Shown here one piece after another: positions 1 to 13,160 of a stretch of DNA of 64,000 bases. Position 1 is the first letter of the stretch, and each line of letters opens with the position of its first letter. The notes under the pieces were generated by a model. The model saw nothing but the letters and a program-made list of their open reading frames with translations, was not told the DNA's origin and made no database searches. Source of the stretch: Camelus ferus (Eukaryota); the NCBI RefSeq assembly GCF_009834535.1, contig NC_045724.1:20770001-20834000 (forward strand), written 5' to 3'. Both the position numbers and the translations under genes were made by a program.

Positions 1-1799
1 AAGAAAAACAAAAATATATTAGTGACCAGCCTTTTGCTATTGCAGCTCTGCGGGAAGGCTTTCCGAACTTGTTTGATTTCAGCCCCGCCCCTGCCGATGA
101 CATCAGCTGCAGAGCCTGGACGGTTTGTGCCTCATCGTCAGCTGGAAGGAAACAGCAACAAAAACGCAGATTCCCAGACTGGGATGCAACGAAAGGTCTG
201 TGTCAGGTCTAAGTGGACATGGATGTTAATTTTCTTTTCTGGAGACGGAAATTCTCTGGTCCCTATGTTGGGTGGGAAATAACTGACACACTCTTACACT
301 TACCAATTCCTAACATCCAAATTGTTTTTTTTTTTTGGCTGAATGCAAACCAACTTTTATATGAACTGTGTTCTGAGGTTCACCTTGGTGTTAAGAAGTC
401 ACAAACTGGAGAACTGCGTTATTTCTCAGTTCGCTTTGGAACTGCTTGTTTAACGCTGGCCAATCACAAGCCCCTAATTAACTCTGGTTCACCCTAGGAA
501 TGATCAGATTGACTATGACTTTTTCACCTTAACGTGGGTCAGCATTACCCTCCGGACGATGTCACAGTTTTAGCTGGAACAGATCCTCGCAAGTTCAACA
601 GCTGGAAGCAAATGCCTGCCTAGGCTTCCCAGTTTTCAGCAGTCTTTCCTGAACTCAGCAGTTCTGAGACCAAAATTTAGGCTGCATTTGCATGTCATAA
701 AAATAACTGGTTTTCTGAAATGTATAAAATTCAGTCAACTGAATCAATCCACAGGAAACCAAATCAGTTTGACAGGTATTTTTTTCCCACTAAATTGATA
801 TGTGGTTTGTGTGTTACTCAACCTTCTCTCAAACAGGAAAACTGAGGTCAGGTGACAAGGGTGATCAGATTTCTATTACCATGATCAATAAAACTACAGT
901 TTCCAATAATGCTTTCCAGAAACTAAGAACTTATTAAAAAATCAAACTATGACTATATTGAGAAACATTGAATTCATGGAGGGGAGACAAGAGAGGAATG
1001 GACTTAAGTTCCAATAAAAGAGAATGAAGTCAAACCAAAACAAAATCTTGCAGCCTTTGGGAGTTAGGAAACAGTGAAATGTATTAGAGAGGGTGAGATA
1101 GTAGAAAATGTTCCAGTCCACCAGAATTTAAAGTGAGGGAAATTATTTTTGGTATCACTCCTTATGAGGAAAAGAAAATCACAACGGTTCACCATTTTCC
1201 TTCAGATCAAGTTCAAACCAAGGCCTTGGCACCACCTAACCCATTGAACCATGCATCCCGCAGTTCCTGGGCCCCTCCACACCCCTGCTGCAGCCATCAG
1301 AGCTGTTCCCATTCACTGCCCCTTCGGTGGAGACAGCTCCCTTCCCTTTTCTCTACTTAAGCAAATCCTGCCCTGTTTTCAATCTATTGGCCAAAATTAG
1401 ATAGAATATATAAACCAATGCTTCATTCACTGGGACCGTCCAGCTGGACATTTGACCTCTATTTCTCTGAGTCCATTGAAATCCACCACTTTTTTGAAAC
1501 CTTTTCTAAAAACTGCAGGTAATGATGACCTCTCCTCTCTGAGAGTCTCAGGATACCACAGGCATTGTGCCGTACCCTGTGACACATGAATTTTATGTTA
1601 ACGTCTTATTATTTCACTAACTAGTCCCATTTTCTAATTATTTTAGGACACAAGACATGTGTCCCTAATAAGATTACAGCGTCCTTGAGAACAGGAACCA
1701 ATCTCACCTTTCTTCTGGGTCACCCACAGAGCCTCGCTAATACTTGACAGATGAGGGTGATGGGGTAGAGAAAGGCTCTGAGGCTGGACCAGAGGTGGT

Positions 1800-1990
1800 T
1801 CTCGTCCTTCATCACTGACCAGCCAGGTTATGTGGTACAAGTTGCTAAGTTCATATGAAGTAAGCAGCGTCTGTAAAAGGATCATAGTCATTTCTACCTC
1901 ACTTATTTGTCATAAGGATTAGATAAAATAGTCTATAGAAATTCCTAAACGTAATGGAATATGGGGTATAATAAGAAGCTATTACCATTT
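1800..1990 (+). mobile_element. MIR SINE remnant
   Basis: Degenerate MIR core ('ctgtaaaaggatcatagtcatttctacctcac...aggattagataaaata'). Confidence 0.45.
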
Positions 1991-2289
1991 TATAATCGTC
2001 TTTGTCTTACATTATAACGTACATTTGTACCACGAACGTTTGTAGCCTAATCTGAAAGCAGAGCATTCACGCTGAAGCCTATTTTACTTTTAAAATAAAA
2101 TACCAGAAACTCTGTTTTATTACATTCTTTAAGATTAACATTTGACACTGGTCTTTCCCTGTGAGCCGGCATATTCTTCCTTCATCCTCCATTTTCCCTT
2201 CCCCTCCGCTGTCAGAGCAGCCTGGTTTGTCTGGAGTAGTGGTGAACGTCAACACAACTAACCAGCGTGAACTAACTATACTCAGCAAG

Positions 2290-3500
2290 TGGAGAATTCA
2301 TATTTTCTCAAGAAAACCTGACACATTTACCAAAACTGATTATCATTAAGACTACAAAGCAATATTCAAAAAAATTCCAAGAATTGCTAACACTCCAATC
2401 ATATATTCTGATCACAACTCTAATAAATCAAGAACAAAAAGGAATTTTAAAGCACCATACATTTAGAAATTTTTACAAAACACAAATAACCCATGGTCAG
2501 AGAAGAACTAATGATGGAGATATAAATGAAATTGTAATAATTAAACTGTAATTTTATAACTGAAAGATAACTTTTGATATAATAAGCATATCAAAAGTTG
2601 TGCCATATAGTAACAACAATATAGACAGGAAAATTTACTTTTAAAAATCTTACATTAAAAAAGAGAAAGGCTGAAAAGTAATAGGTTTCCAGTTTTAAAA
2701 GTTTTAAAGTAAAAAGAAGGAAAATAAGTTAAAAGTACCCATCAGTGAATGTAAATAAAACCAAAGATTCAATACAGAAGATCAACTAAAACTATTTTTA
2801 AAAAGACTGATAAAGTGGGGAAAATCTTTAGCTATGTTCTTCCAGAGGGAAAAAAAGAAAAAAAAATAATAAATGAAATTAGGTATGAAATAGTTCAGAT
2901 ACAATAGAAATTACAAAGATACTAACGCATAAGAGAAACTTCTGGGGGGGGGGTTGTCAATAAATTTGACAGTTTTTGTGAAATGAACAAAATCCTAGTC
3001 GTATATAATGTACCACTGGTTTAGGAAGAATGAGAAAGCCTGAAATGTCCTACAACTATAAAATAAGTTGAAATAGATGTTTTTACAGATTAGTTCCACC
3101 AAAGTCTAAAGGTGAATAACTTTTATATTATGCTTGCTCTCCCACAAGATAAAAAAGGGGGAACCCATTAATGAGGTTATTGTAACCTTAATATCAGTAT
3201 GAGAAATGGAAATCACCTGCCGACCTCGCCACACTGATAGTTTATGTGAGTTAAATCTTCATCCTGCATAACGTGGTATCATAGGACTGTACAGGATTCA
3301 AAACTCAAGAAATTAGAGTATAACCATATTATTTAAAATTATGAGCATATAACCAATGAAGGTAACAACAGACACAAAAAAAGGTGACAAAGTAAGAATA
3401 GAGTTGATGTGTAGGAGAACTTCTTCATAAGCTCTTTTGAACTGTTTGACCTGTAACCAAATGATAAAGTAAAATGTGTCTTTTACCAAAAACAGAAGAG
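2290..3500 (+). mobile_element. Old LINE-1 (L1ME-like) ORF2 remnant
   Basis: A-rich strand with decayed endonuclease/RT-region phrases ('atatattctgatcacaactctaataaatcaag', 'aagatcaactaaaactattttt', 'ccaccaaagtctaaaggtgaataac'); no open frame. Confidence 0.6.
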
Positions 3501-5517
3501 GATGTGTGGTTAAGAAGTAAAGATAGCGATTGGAATAGAACATATTTTCAAGAAGAGGAACAGGTTAAGGAGTGTCTGAAAGCTTAGATCTTACTTATCT
3601 TACTTTCTTCTTCCACCAGGCTGCCTTCTTCACAGTTGGCTGGGGGAGGGCTGACCATGGAACCAGAGCTTGCTAGTCCCAAGCATCATGTCAGTCATTG
3701 CTCAGATCCATCACTTTTTTTTCAAAATAGCTATCAAGGCTTTGTCATAAATTAAGTTACTTCCTTTCCCCACTTTGTCTTGTGGTTCTTGAATCACTAG
3801 GATTATTTGGATTAATGCACACATTTCCTTCATTTGCTTTTACAATGAGAAATATCAATATCAATATCAATATCTTGATATATGTAATGTACCTAAAACA
3901 TGGTAGACATCTGATAAATTTAAATTTCCTTTTCTCTGCTTGGGCTTCTGAACCCACTCATTACTTCTCAATGGAAGAGTTAAGAAGGAAGGTATGATCA
4001 AATTGAATGTTGTAGACTCCAATTAAGCACCGCTATCTTGAAACTGATGGCCTTTAATTACTAGAGTCCATAAGTGATATTTGCTATTCCAGAATCTTCA
4101 TTGATACTTAATAAGTACTCTCTTTTATTTGTGCATCCTTTAAAAAAATTAGTATGTTGGAATTATTTTAGTGTATAACGTTCTTGAAAGCACATTCAGT
4201 AGTTTTCATGGAGTATTTAAGTGGATACCAAGATAGAGGAGCACTCAAAAAGTTACTATCTACCAAGGATTAAGTCACCATCATCAAATTAGGACACACT
4301 GAAAAAACAAGGGTTGGGAACTCAGAGTTCTTGAGTACTTTATTTGGTTGTTTTGTTTGTTTACTCTTATTGTATTGCATGCAGTGAAAAAAAATCCTTC
4401 TGTGATTCAAAGGTTAATAAAACATTCTGGATAGCTCTCAGCATCTTCAATTATGTATATTGTTGAAAATATCAAGGTTTTGTAGCTATTTTCTTAGCTA
4501 TATAGACAGCTTATTCTTAGCTATGACAGCTGACAACACTTTCTCTTTTGCAGGGGATAAGGTAAATCCAAATGGGTCCTGGGGCACAGATGATCCCTGC
4601 AAATATTTCCTAATGCCAGAAAGATATCTCTCTTGCCCATTTATCCTTTTAGTAGCAAAGTGATCTTAATTTCCTTTAGTTTACTTGAAAAAAGCAGACA
4701 AGTCGAGGCTCAGTCAAGGGAAGAAAATCACTATTTGTTCAAATATAATCCTGCAGCTCAAAATGAAGCAGCAGACATTGGAGTCAGTGCCCTTTAGGTC
4801 AGAGGAATTAGAGCAGAAGGTGAAGCATGAAATTCTCCTTTCTTGCTGAAATGGTGCCATTGCAGAAGACTTGGAGGTGGGATATTAAATTACCTGCTTG
4901 TTTTATGACTGCTGTGTAGCATTCTAGAGCCTCCTATGTGAAGACAGCTCATGAAAATAAAATATAGGAAAAGAGGCGGAAATGATGAAGCCCTTCATTG
5001 GGCCACTGTTTAGACCAGTGGCCAGAGAAGAGATTACACAATATCCAGAGTTCATTGCAGCCTTATGATTCAATGAATAAAGATGTAAAGACAAAAATAC
5101 TTATGCCTTCAGTTACTGAAGTCTTTGCTAAGAGGTGAACCAAGGCATCAGGATACTTGGCTGAATTTTTCTCATTTCTTCAGGATTTCTGGAATCATGC
5201 AGATGTTGAAATAACCCTTTTGAATGAAGTGTATTCTACTCTATGGCAAATGGTGGGTGAGCAACTGCTTAAGAAATTCACTTGAAAGAAACTTGATGAA
5301 AGGTTTGATGTCTTGATCATTGTCCAGCCTCCTCAGTTTATACACATTGGGCTCTGCATAGGAAATCAGGGTTTTCACAGAGCGTGAATCAAGCATCTGC
5401 ACTATTTTTCACATCCATAAAACGTGAGCCCTTCGAAAAACAGGGGTTTAAACTCACTTTGTGAAAAATCTGATCTCAGTAGTCCATGATCTAAAAGACT
5501 GTGTGATGTAGGGAAAT

Positions 5518-5703
5518 NNNNNNNNNNNNNNNNNNNNNNNNNNNNNNNNNNNNNNNNNNNNNNNNNNNNNNNNNNNNNNNNNNNNNNNNNNNNNNNNNNN
5601 NNNNNNNNNNNNNNNNNNNNNNNNNNNNNNNNNNNNNNNNNNNNNNNNNNNNNNNNNNNNNNNNNNNNNNNNNNNNNNNNNNNNNNNNNNNNNNNNNNNN
5701 NNN
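5518..5703. other. Assembly gap (186 N)
   Basis: Run of N. Confidence 0.99.
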
Positions 5704-6773
5704 ATTAGCTTTACTGTTTCCTTCAGTGTCATCTATCACACTTTATAATGTGGGATAGCTCACAAAGAGCTATTTCAATAAAGTTGTTGAAATTCAGATT
5801 GTGAACCTCCCTAGTCGCTACCTTATGGAATTTTTATATTTATGTATTCCCCTACAAAAAAAGCCTCATCTGAGGATGGAGTGAGTGCTGCCTATTTGTA
5901 AAGTCCCAAATGGGTCTCCTTGCACCAAAGCCTATTATCCCACGATTACAATTCCATGTCTTCGAGTCCTAAAAACTTTTTGTATTCAGAAGTTCCCTAT
6001 TATACTTGTGCGCACAGTTCCTCAAGCTTGTGTTTCTAAAATTGCAGTAGATGTGCCACCTGGCACATGCAGAATTGTGTCAAGAGAATGAGAAACTATA
6101 TAATAAATATGACATCTCCTCCTGGAAAATAAATTTTACTTGAAAATTTTGAGGCAGAAAGTTAAGTAATTTAAATGAAAATTTAAACACATTTTATATT
6201 TAAATACATATATTTATATTGTTGAAGAGAATGCTAAGTGTGTGGGAATTGTCAGGGTAAAACCAAGAACTTCGAATAATTTCAGGGATACGGGTTTGTG
6301 CCAGTGAATCGGAAAAGGTTTCCATTTGTTTATTTCAAACAGCACAATGTTCCCAGGTGGGTTAAACACAAAAGGAACATATTTGCTTATATAAATGAAA
6401 AGTCCTGGCTTTGGGCATGGCTTGTTCAGATGTCTCCTAGACATTGTTTTTCTTCATCTCATCTCAGAATCTTCACTCCTCCATATTGACTTTATGCTTA
6501 TAGCCAGAAGATGAGTGCCAAATCTTCAGCTTTTATATCATTTTTGCCTTAAATCTCGGGAGGAAAAAAACAAGGCTCTCTTTCCTAGAAATATCAGAAA
6601 AAGAGACAACTTGAATCTCACTGACTCCAGCTGTGTCACTGAACAAATCACTATAGCCAGCGATAGAGCTGGCTAAACTTCACACCCACCCTGGAACTTC
6701 AACAGAATCCCCTCCCCACTAGGTAAACTGAGGGATGTTTTCCACCATAGAAGTGACTAATGCCAGGTGGAAT

Positions 6774-7271
6774 TGCTACTGAGTCCAACCCCATACTGCT
6801 GGCCACATGATGGGCCAATAAACTGAGAGATGAGTTTTGGGGGGCACAAGATAGTTAGTCTATTCAGAAAGCCAGCAGATGGAGGAGATAGTGGACTAGT
6901 GTCCCAAAGAACCATCTTATCTGAGTTAGAATTCAGGCTTCTTTTACACTATCAAGGGAGGAGGTATGGCTGGTCATCACAGACTTCTTGATACTGGAAT
7001 CCTTTGTTCCTGTAGCTGTCCATGTAGGTCTGGTCACAATGTTCCTATAAACCTCCAACTAGACAAGTGTTATTCTCTGTTCTGCAACTTTTTATCTACC
7101 TTTAAAGGTCAGAGCCTTGAGAATGGGCCGATCTGTATATTTCAAGCTATATGCCACATGCTTTTACAAAAGGTGCAGAGTCAGCATGACTCAGCACAGG
7201 CAACAGAGCACAAAGGTAAGAGCTAAAGGAACAGATCCAATATGGAGTCAGGTTTGTTCTTCTCTGTTACA
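6774..7271 (-). mobile_element. ERV1-class solo LTR
   Basis: About 500 bp with TG...CA termini (tgctact...ctgttaca) and a near-matching 4-bp TSD (gaat/gcat). The minus strand starts 'tgtaacagagaagaacaaacctgactccat', typical of MER4/MER41-group-like LTRs. Confidence 0.7.
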
Positions 7272-7999
7272 GCATGCTTTACACACACACGTGTTGCTGT
7301 CACCCTATGTCACACACATGCCCCTTCCCAGGTTTATTTCCACGTATCAGGGGTACACTTGTAGAAAAAAAAATCTGGAAAACACTACTTTAACTTATCC
7401 ACCAGGACTTTAGTTGGGATTAACAGCTGGTGGAATCTCACAATGCTCACTGGCAAAAGGTTAGAAGTCCCCAGATCAGAGGCTTCAGGGATGTGCAGGT
7501 GCACTGACAACAGACACCCCAAAGATCCTTCACTGTATTTCCTTTAGTGCTGGTCTCACCTAATGATCTACTGATGGGAGGTAAACCTAGCTGACTTAGT
7601 CAGCATAGACAGAGCTGGAGGAGTGTTTGCAGGACAGGAGACTTTTTTGAATACATCTTCAAGGCTGGCCAAGACAGTTGTAAACAGTATAAGGAACCAT
7701 AATAATGACAGTGCAGAGAGCTATAAAGTGTTGAGCTCAGAAAGCATCCAATCCTCTGGGCAAACCACACACCTGGGAAAGTCCTTGCCCACTGGATGAA
7801 CTTTGTTCCTCTTAAAATGTCAACAGCAATGGGTTTTGTTGCATGTGCTACAGCACCGCACCATATTTCCCCATGTCTTTCCCCCAAAGCAGAAATCCTG
7901 CTCAGTCTCAAGAGATTCCATTAAGAGTATATAATGTAATTCATTTGCTAGTAACTAATTGTTAAATATACACCAGGCAGTGGATTTTACTGCAGTCTA

Positions 8000-8480
8000 T
8001 CTGTTATCCATTCTCCTTTTCTCTTTTCAGGAGAGAATCCAGATTTTGTTTATAGTGGCAATGTGCCCAGAAAAATAAACCCTCAATATTCCAAACTCAA
8101 TCACACATAAGGGTGATCTTGAGACACGTTTCTGACCAGGGAGGTATAAGCAGAAGGCTTCTATGATTTCTGGGGATATTTTTGATTTTTGGCAGTGACA
8201 CCCCTTTATTTTTCCCACCTCAGGGACTGCCTGACACACAGACATGAAGGTTTAGCTGAAGCAGCCATTCTGTGACCATGTGGTGACACACATGGGGTAA
8301 AACTATACACGAAGGAAGGTACAAGGGAAGGAGGGGCCTGGAACAATAATAGAATGTGCTGAACCACCCTGGGCCTAGGCTTAATTGTTTTATGAAAACA
8401 TTACCGTATGTTGTTGAGCTGTTAATATTGAGTTTCCTTCTATTGCAAGCAGCCAAACGTATTCTTAACCAATAAAAGCC
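8000..8480 (+). mobile_element. MaLR LTR (MLT1-type) remnant
   Basis: MLT1-like phrases 'gcagccattctgtgaccatg' and the terminal 'gcaagcagccaaacgtattcttaacc'. Confidence 0.5.
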
Positions 8481-8559
8481 ACTTTTCAAAATTCTGCAAA
8501 AGCTATTGATTTCTCACAACAGTAGCAGGACATTAATCTAAAAAAATTCATTCCAGTTA

Positions 8560-8780
8560 TATGTATATATATTATTTTCATATTCTTTTTCATTATAAGT
8601 TATTAAAAGCTATTTACTATAGTTCCCTGTGCTCTTCAGTAGGACCTTGTTGCTGATCTGTTTTATATACAGTAGTTTGTATCTGCTAATCCCAAGCTCC
8701 TAATTTATCCCGCCTCCCCCACTTTCCCCTTTGCTAACAATAAATTTGTTTTCTATGCCTGTGAATCTGTTTCTTTACAG
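8560..8780 (-). mobile_element. LINE-1 3' end (artiodactyl/camelid-type)
   Basis: 'tatagttccctgtgctcttcagtaggaccttgttg...gtatctgctaatcccaagctcctaatttatccc' is the reverse of the young laurasiatherian L1 3' UTR. Confidence 0.8.
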
Positions 8781-8920
8781 CTCTTTTGTTCTGCCTTCAA
8801 TTAGCCTCCTTTGGCTTTCTTACTTCGTTGCTGCTTTCACGTCACTAATTTTCTTTGCTGTTTGGCAGAGTCGCTGACACCTTGTGCCGTATAATTTCAA
8901 AGGTGCTGAGAACCAGTTTT

Positions 8921-8985
8921 TCTCTCCCTCTCTCCCTCTCCTCCCACACTCTTTTTCTCTCTCTCATCTTCCTCTCTCTCCCCTT
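8921..8985. repeat. CT-rich polypyrimidine low-complexity tract
   Basis: tctctccctctctccctctcctccc...tctctctcccc. Confidence 0.8.
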
Positions 8986-9039
8986 CAAGGCTGTGGCATC
9001 GTGGTGAGATATGTGTGATCTGAAGTACGAGTTAAATGC

Positions 9040-9200
9040 ATGAGTTAGAATTCATCTTCCCTACGTACTAGCTCTGACCTTGATGATATTCTTTAACTCT
9101 GGTATTTTGGATTCTTCATATGTAAGTAGTAAATGATAATAGTATCTACCTTATAGAGCCATTGAAAGAATTAAATAAGTAAAACTGTGCGTGGCACCTA
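9040..9200 (+). mobile_element. MIR SINE
   Basis: 'tactagctctgaccttg...tttaactct...gataatagtatctaccttatagag...gaattaaataag...gtggcacctagtag' matches the MIR core. Confidence 0.7.
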
Positions 9201-12105
9201 GTAGTTTATTACTCTTATAAGCCTCTCTGATATATGCCTAAAATTTCACACCCTTTCCAAGCTTTGCCTACTTGAAAATTAAGAAATAACCCACTTTAAG
9301 CTGTTAGTAGCACCTGGCCAGCAGCTAATTGCAAATATAAAAGATACTAGAGAAAAGTTAACTACTGGGGTTTCAGTAGAAGAGCAGGAACCCCCAGAAA
9401 AATTCACCACTAAAATATTTACCACTGTCTCTGCCACTTACTTTCCCTATTCAATTTAAGACATTTTTTTTTATTTGCTGATTTATTGAAAAGATGTTGA
9501 GCATCACTTTTGCTTCTTTCCATCTCCTATAGACCGAGACTGATATTCCTAGTAATATAGTCATTTCATTGCACACCTATTTTTCCTATGCGTATGAATG
9601 ACCATGCCTCTAATTATTTGTATGAGCATCCATTTTAAAGGTTAGTTGAACTCTAAACTGTGATAGGTTCAGTTCAAGGCTGAGACTTCATCATAGGACT
9701 ATAGAATTATTCTCCTGCCACCCTACGTTATCACCATATTACTGAAGGACCATTTATAGCAGTTCTTTTACCCAGTACATCATGTCTGGCTAGCTAGAAA
9801 CAATTACAAGGCACACTAAAAAGTAAAAAACAAAATTTGAAGAGAAAGAGCAAGCAGAGGACCCAGACATGACAAGGATGTTGCAAGTAACAAACCAGGG
9901 AATTAAAATAACTATGATTAAGATGGTAAGGGCTCTAATGTAGACAGCCTACAAAAACAGACAGGCAATGAAAACAGAGAGATGGAAATCCTAAGAAAGA
10001 ATCAAAAAGAAATAAAATGAGGAAAACATTGGATGGGCTTATTAGTAGGCTGGACACAGATGAGGAAAGAATCTCTGACTTTGAGGACACAAAAAATGAT
10101 TACAAGTCAATAAAAAATGTTTAAAAATAAATAAATGAAAATCTCTGAAATTGAAAATGAAACAGAATAAAAACTTAAAAAAAAAAAACTAGAACAGACC
10201 ATTCAAAGACTGAGGGACAACTACATAAGGAAACAGAAGAAACATTTGGAACCATAATGATTGAATTTTCCCAAATTTTCCTAATTAGTCAGACACCAAA
10301 CCTCAAGTCCAGGAAGCTCAGAGAACACCAAGCAGGACAAATGCAAAGAACAAAGACACCCACAGCTAGGCATATCATTTTCAAATGACAGGAAATCTAA
10401 GATAAAGCAAAAAATCCTGAAAGTAGCCAGAGGAGAAAAAAATGTAAGAAAAGAATTATATTCAACTTCTCCTCAGAAAACACTTGAGCAAGAAGGGAGT
10501 GGAGTGAAATATTTAAAGTGTTTAGAAGGAAAAAAGCCCACCAACCTAAAATTCTGTACCTTGCAAAAATTACCCTTCAAAAGTAGAAAACTTCCTCAGA
10601 CAAACAAAAAAGAAGGAAATATATTGCCAATAGGCATGCCTTGCAAGAAATGTTAAAAGAAGTTCTTTGGAAGGAAGGAAAATTGTATAGGTAAGAAATT
10701 CAGATTTATATTTTTTAAAAAAGGAAGGGCATTGAAGAAGGAATAAGTGAAGGTAAAATAAAAACTTTTATTTTTCTTATATTCTTAATTGATCTAACAG
10801 GTAACTTTTTCAAAATAATAATATCAACAATGTATTCAATTATACATCTATATTTGTGAATGCTTATATATAAATGAAATGAATGACAACAATGACACAA
10901 GGAATGAGGGAGAAGGAATTACAATTATTTTCTTAACACAGGGTACTCACTACCAGTGAAGTGGCACACTGCTATTTAAAAGTGAACTTGGACTTGTTGT
11001 AAATATATATTGCAAACTCTAAGACAAGAACTAAGATAGGACAAAAAGTAAAGTATTACTGATATGCTAAGGAAGGAGATAAAATGGGATTATATAAAAT
11101 GCTTGATTAAAATCAAAGGCAGAAAAAGAATGAAAGACAAAAAAGTGGGTCAAAGAAGAAGAGCAACAACTAGAAAAAAGTAACAAATATGGTAGATATA
11201 ATCCTAGTATATCAATAATCACTTTGAACAGCAATGGTCTAAAAGCACCAATTAAGAGACAGAGACTGTCAAAATGGGTCAAAAAAACAGGACCCAACTA
11301 TATGTCACCTAAAAGAAATCCACTTTATATATAGGACACATATGGATAAAAAATAATGGACAGAGAAATATATATCATGCTAACACTAATCACAAGGAAG
11401 TAGGATTCGCTATAGTAATTTCTGACAGAGCCGACTTCAAAGCGAGGGAAGTTATAAGGGCGTCACTTAATGATAAAGGGGCCAGTTCTCCAAGAAGACA
11501 TAACAATCTTTAATGTGTATGTACCTAATAGCAGAGCATCTAAGTATATGAGGCAAAAATTGATAGAATTGCAAAAAGAATAAATGAATCCAGTATCATA
11601 GTTGGAGATTTCAACACCCTTCCATCACAGATGGAAAGATTCAGCAGGCAAAAAAATCAATAAGGACTTAGTTGAACTCAAGAGAACCATCAATCAACTG
11701 GATATAATTAACATCTATTGACTGCTTCACCCAACAACAGCAGAATACACATTTTTCTCAAGCTCATGTGAAACAATCACCTGGAGAGACCACATTCTGA
11801 GTCATAAAACATACATTAACAAATTTTTTTTAAAAAGTAATAATTATACAACATCTGCTCTCAGACCACAATGAAATTAAGGTAGAAATCAGTAACAGAA
11901 AGATAACTAGAAAATCCCTAAATACGTGCAGATTCAAAAACACACTCCTAAATAAAACATGAGTTAGAAAGAAATCTCAGAAATTGTAAAATATTCTGAA
12001 CTAAATTAAAATGAAAGCATAACTTATCAAAATTAATGGAATACAGTGAAAGCAGTGCTTAAAGGGAAACTTAAGAGCATTGAATGCATGCATTAGAAAA
12101 GAAGA

Positions 12106-12452
12106 GGCTGGGGGTGAGGGGTGAGGGAATTGGATGAAGGCAGGCAAGAGGTACAAACTTCTGATTATAAGATAAACAGCCTAGGAATGTAATATACAGC
12201 ATGATAGCTGTAGTTAACAATGCTATATGGTGTCTTTAAAAGTTGTTAAGACGTTAGATCCCAAGAGTTCTTATCACATGAAACATTTTTAAAATTTTTC
12301 TTTGATTTTTTTGTACCCATATAAAATGATGGATGGTAACCACACTTATTATGGTAGTCATTTCACAATGTGTATAAGTAATATTGTTATTCTATATGCC
12401 TTAAACTTACACATTTTATGTCAACTATATCTCAGTAAACCTTGGTGAGGGG
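12106..12452 (+). mobile_element. Nested younger L1 3' end (L1MA-type) inside the ORF2 of the older L1
   Basis: G-rich 'gggggtgaggggtgagggaattggatgaagg...gtacaaacttctgattataagataa' 3' UTR interrupts ORF2 between 'attagaaaagaag' and 'aagatcta...ccaaccttagg', which are contiguous in L1 consensus. Confidence 0.7.
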
Positions 12453-13028
12453 AAAGAAAAAAGTGAAGATCTAATGCCAACCTTAGGAAATTAAAATAAA
12501 AAAACCCCTGCAAATTCAACCCAAAGTAGGCAGAAACAAAGAAACACTAAGAATTAGAGGAAAAATCAGTAAAACTGAAAATAGGCAATCAATAGAGAAA
12601 AATCAATGAAATGAAAAGTTGGTTGAAAAGATCAATAAGACACATAAACCTCTAGCCAGGACAACTAAGAGAAAAGGAGAGTGGACACAAATTAATAATG
12701 TCAGGAATAAAAGAAGGGACATTACTACAGATTCCATGACAATAAAAGGACAACAAAGAAATAATCTGATGAATTCTTTGTCCACAAATAAGATAACCAG
12801 AGATGAAATGTATCAGTTCTTTTAGGTATACAACCTGACAAAACTCACAAAAGAAGAAATAAACCTCTAAATAGGTTTATATCTATTAAAGAATTTAAAC
12901 CAGTACACTTTCAAAACAGAAAATACCAGGCTCATGTAGGTTGACCAGCGAATTCTAACAAGTATTTAAGGTAGAAATTATAACAGTTCTCTACAACATC
13001 TTTCAGACAGTAGATGCAGGGAGAATAC

Positions 13029-13160
13029 NNNNNNNNNNNNNNNNNNNNNNNNNNNNNNNNNNNNNNNNNNNNNNNNNNNNNNNNNNNNNNNNNNNNNNNN
13101 NNNNNNNNNNNNNNNNNNNNNNNNNNNNNNNNNNNNNNNNNNNNNNNNNNNNNNNNNNNN
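13029..13160. other. Assembly gap (132 N)
   Basis: Run of N. Confidence 0.99.

Noticed and set aside
6041-6070. Short perfect inverted repeat ATGTGCCA-CC-TGGCACAT
   Set aside because: 8-bp arms are expected by chance, and there is no extended hairpin or miRNA-like stem.
7575-7799. 75-codon startless open frame; a neighbouring frame gives GDFFEYIFKAG, vaguely kinase-like
   Set aside because: There is no start codon, no good splice sites and no other kinase motifs; it is consistent with chance.
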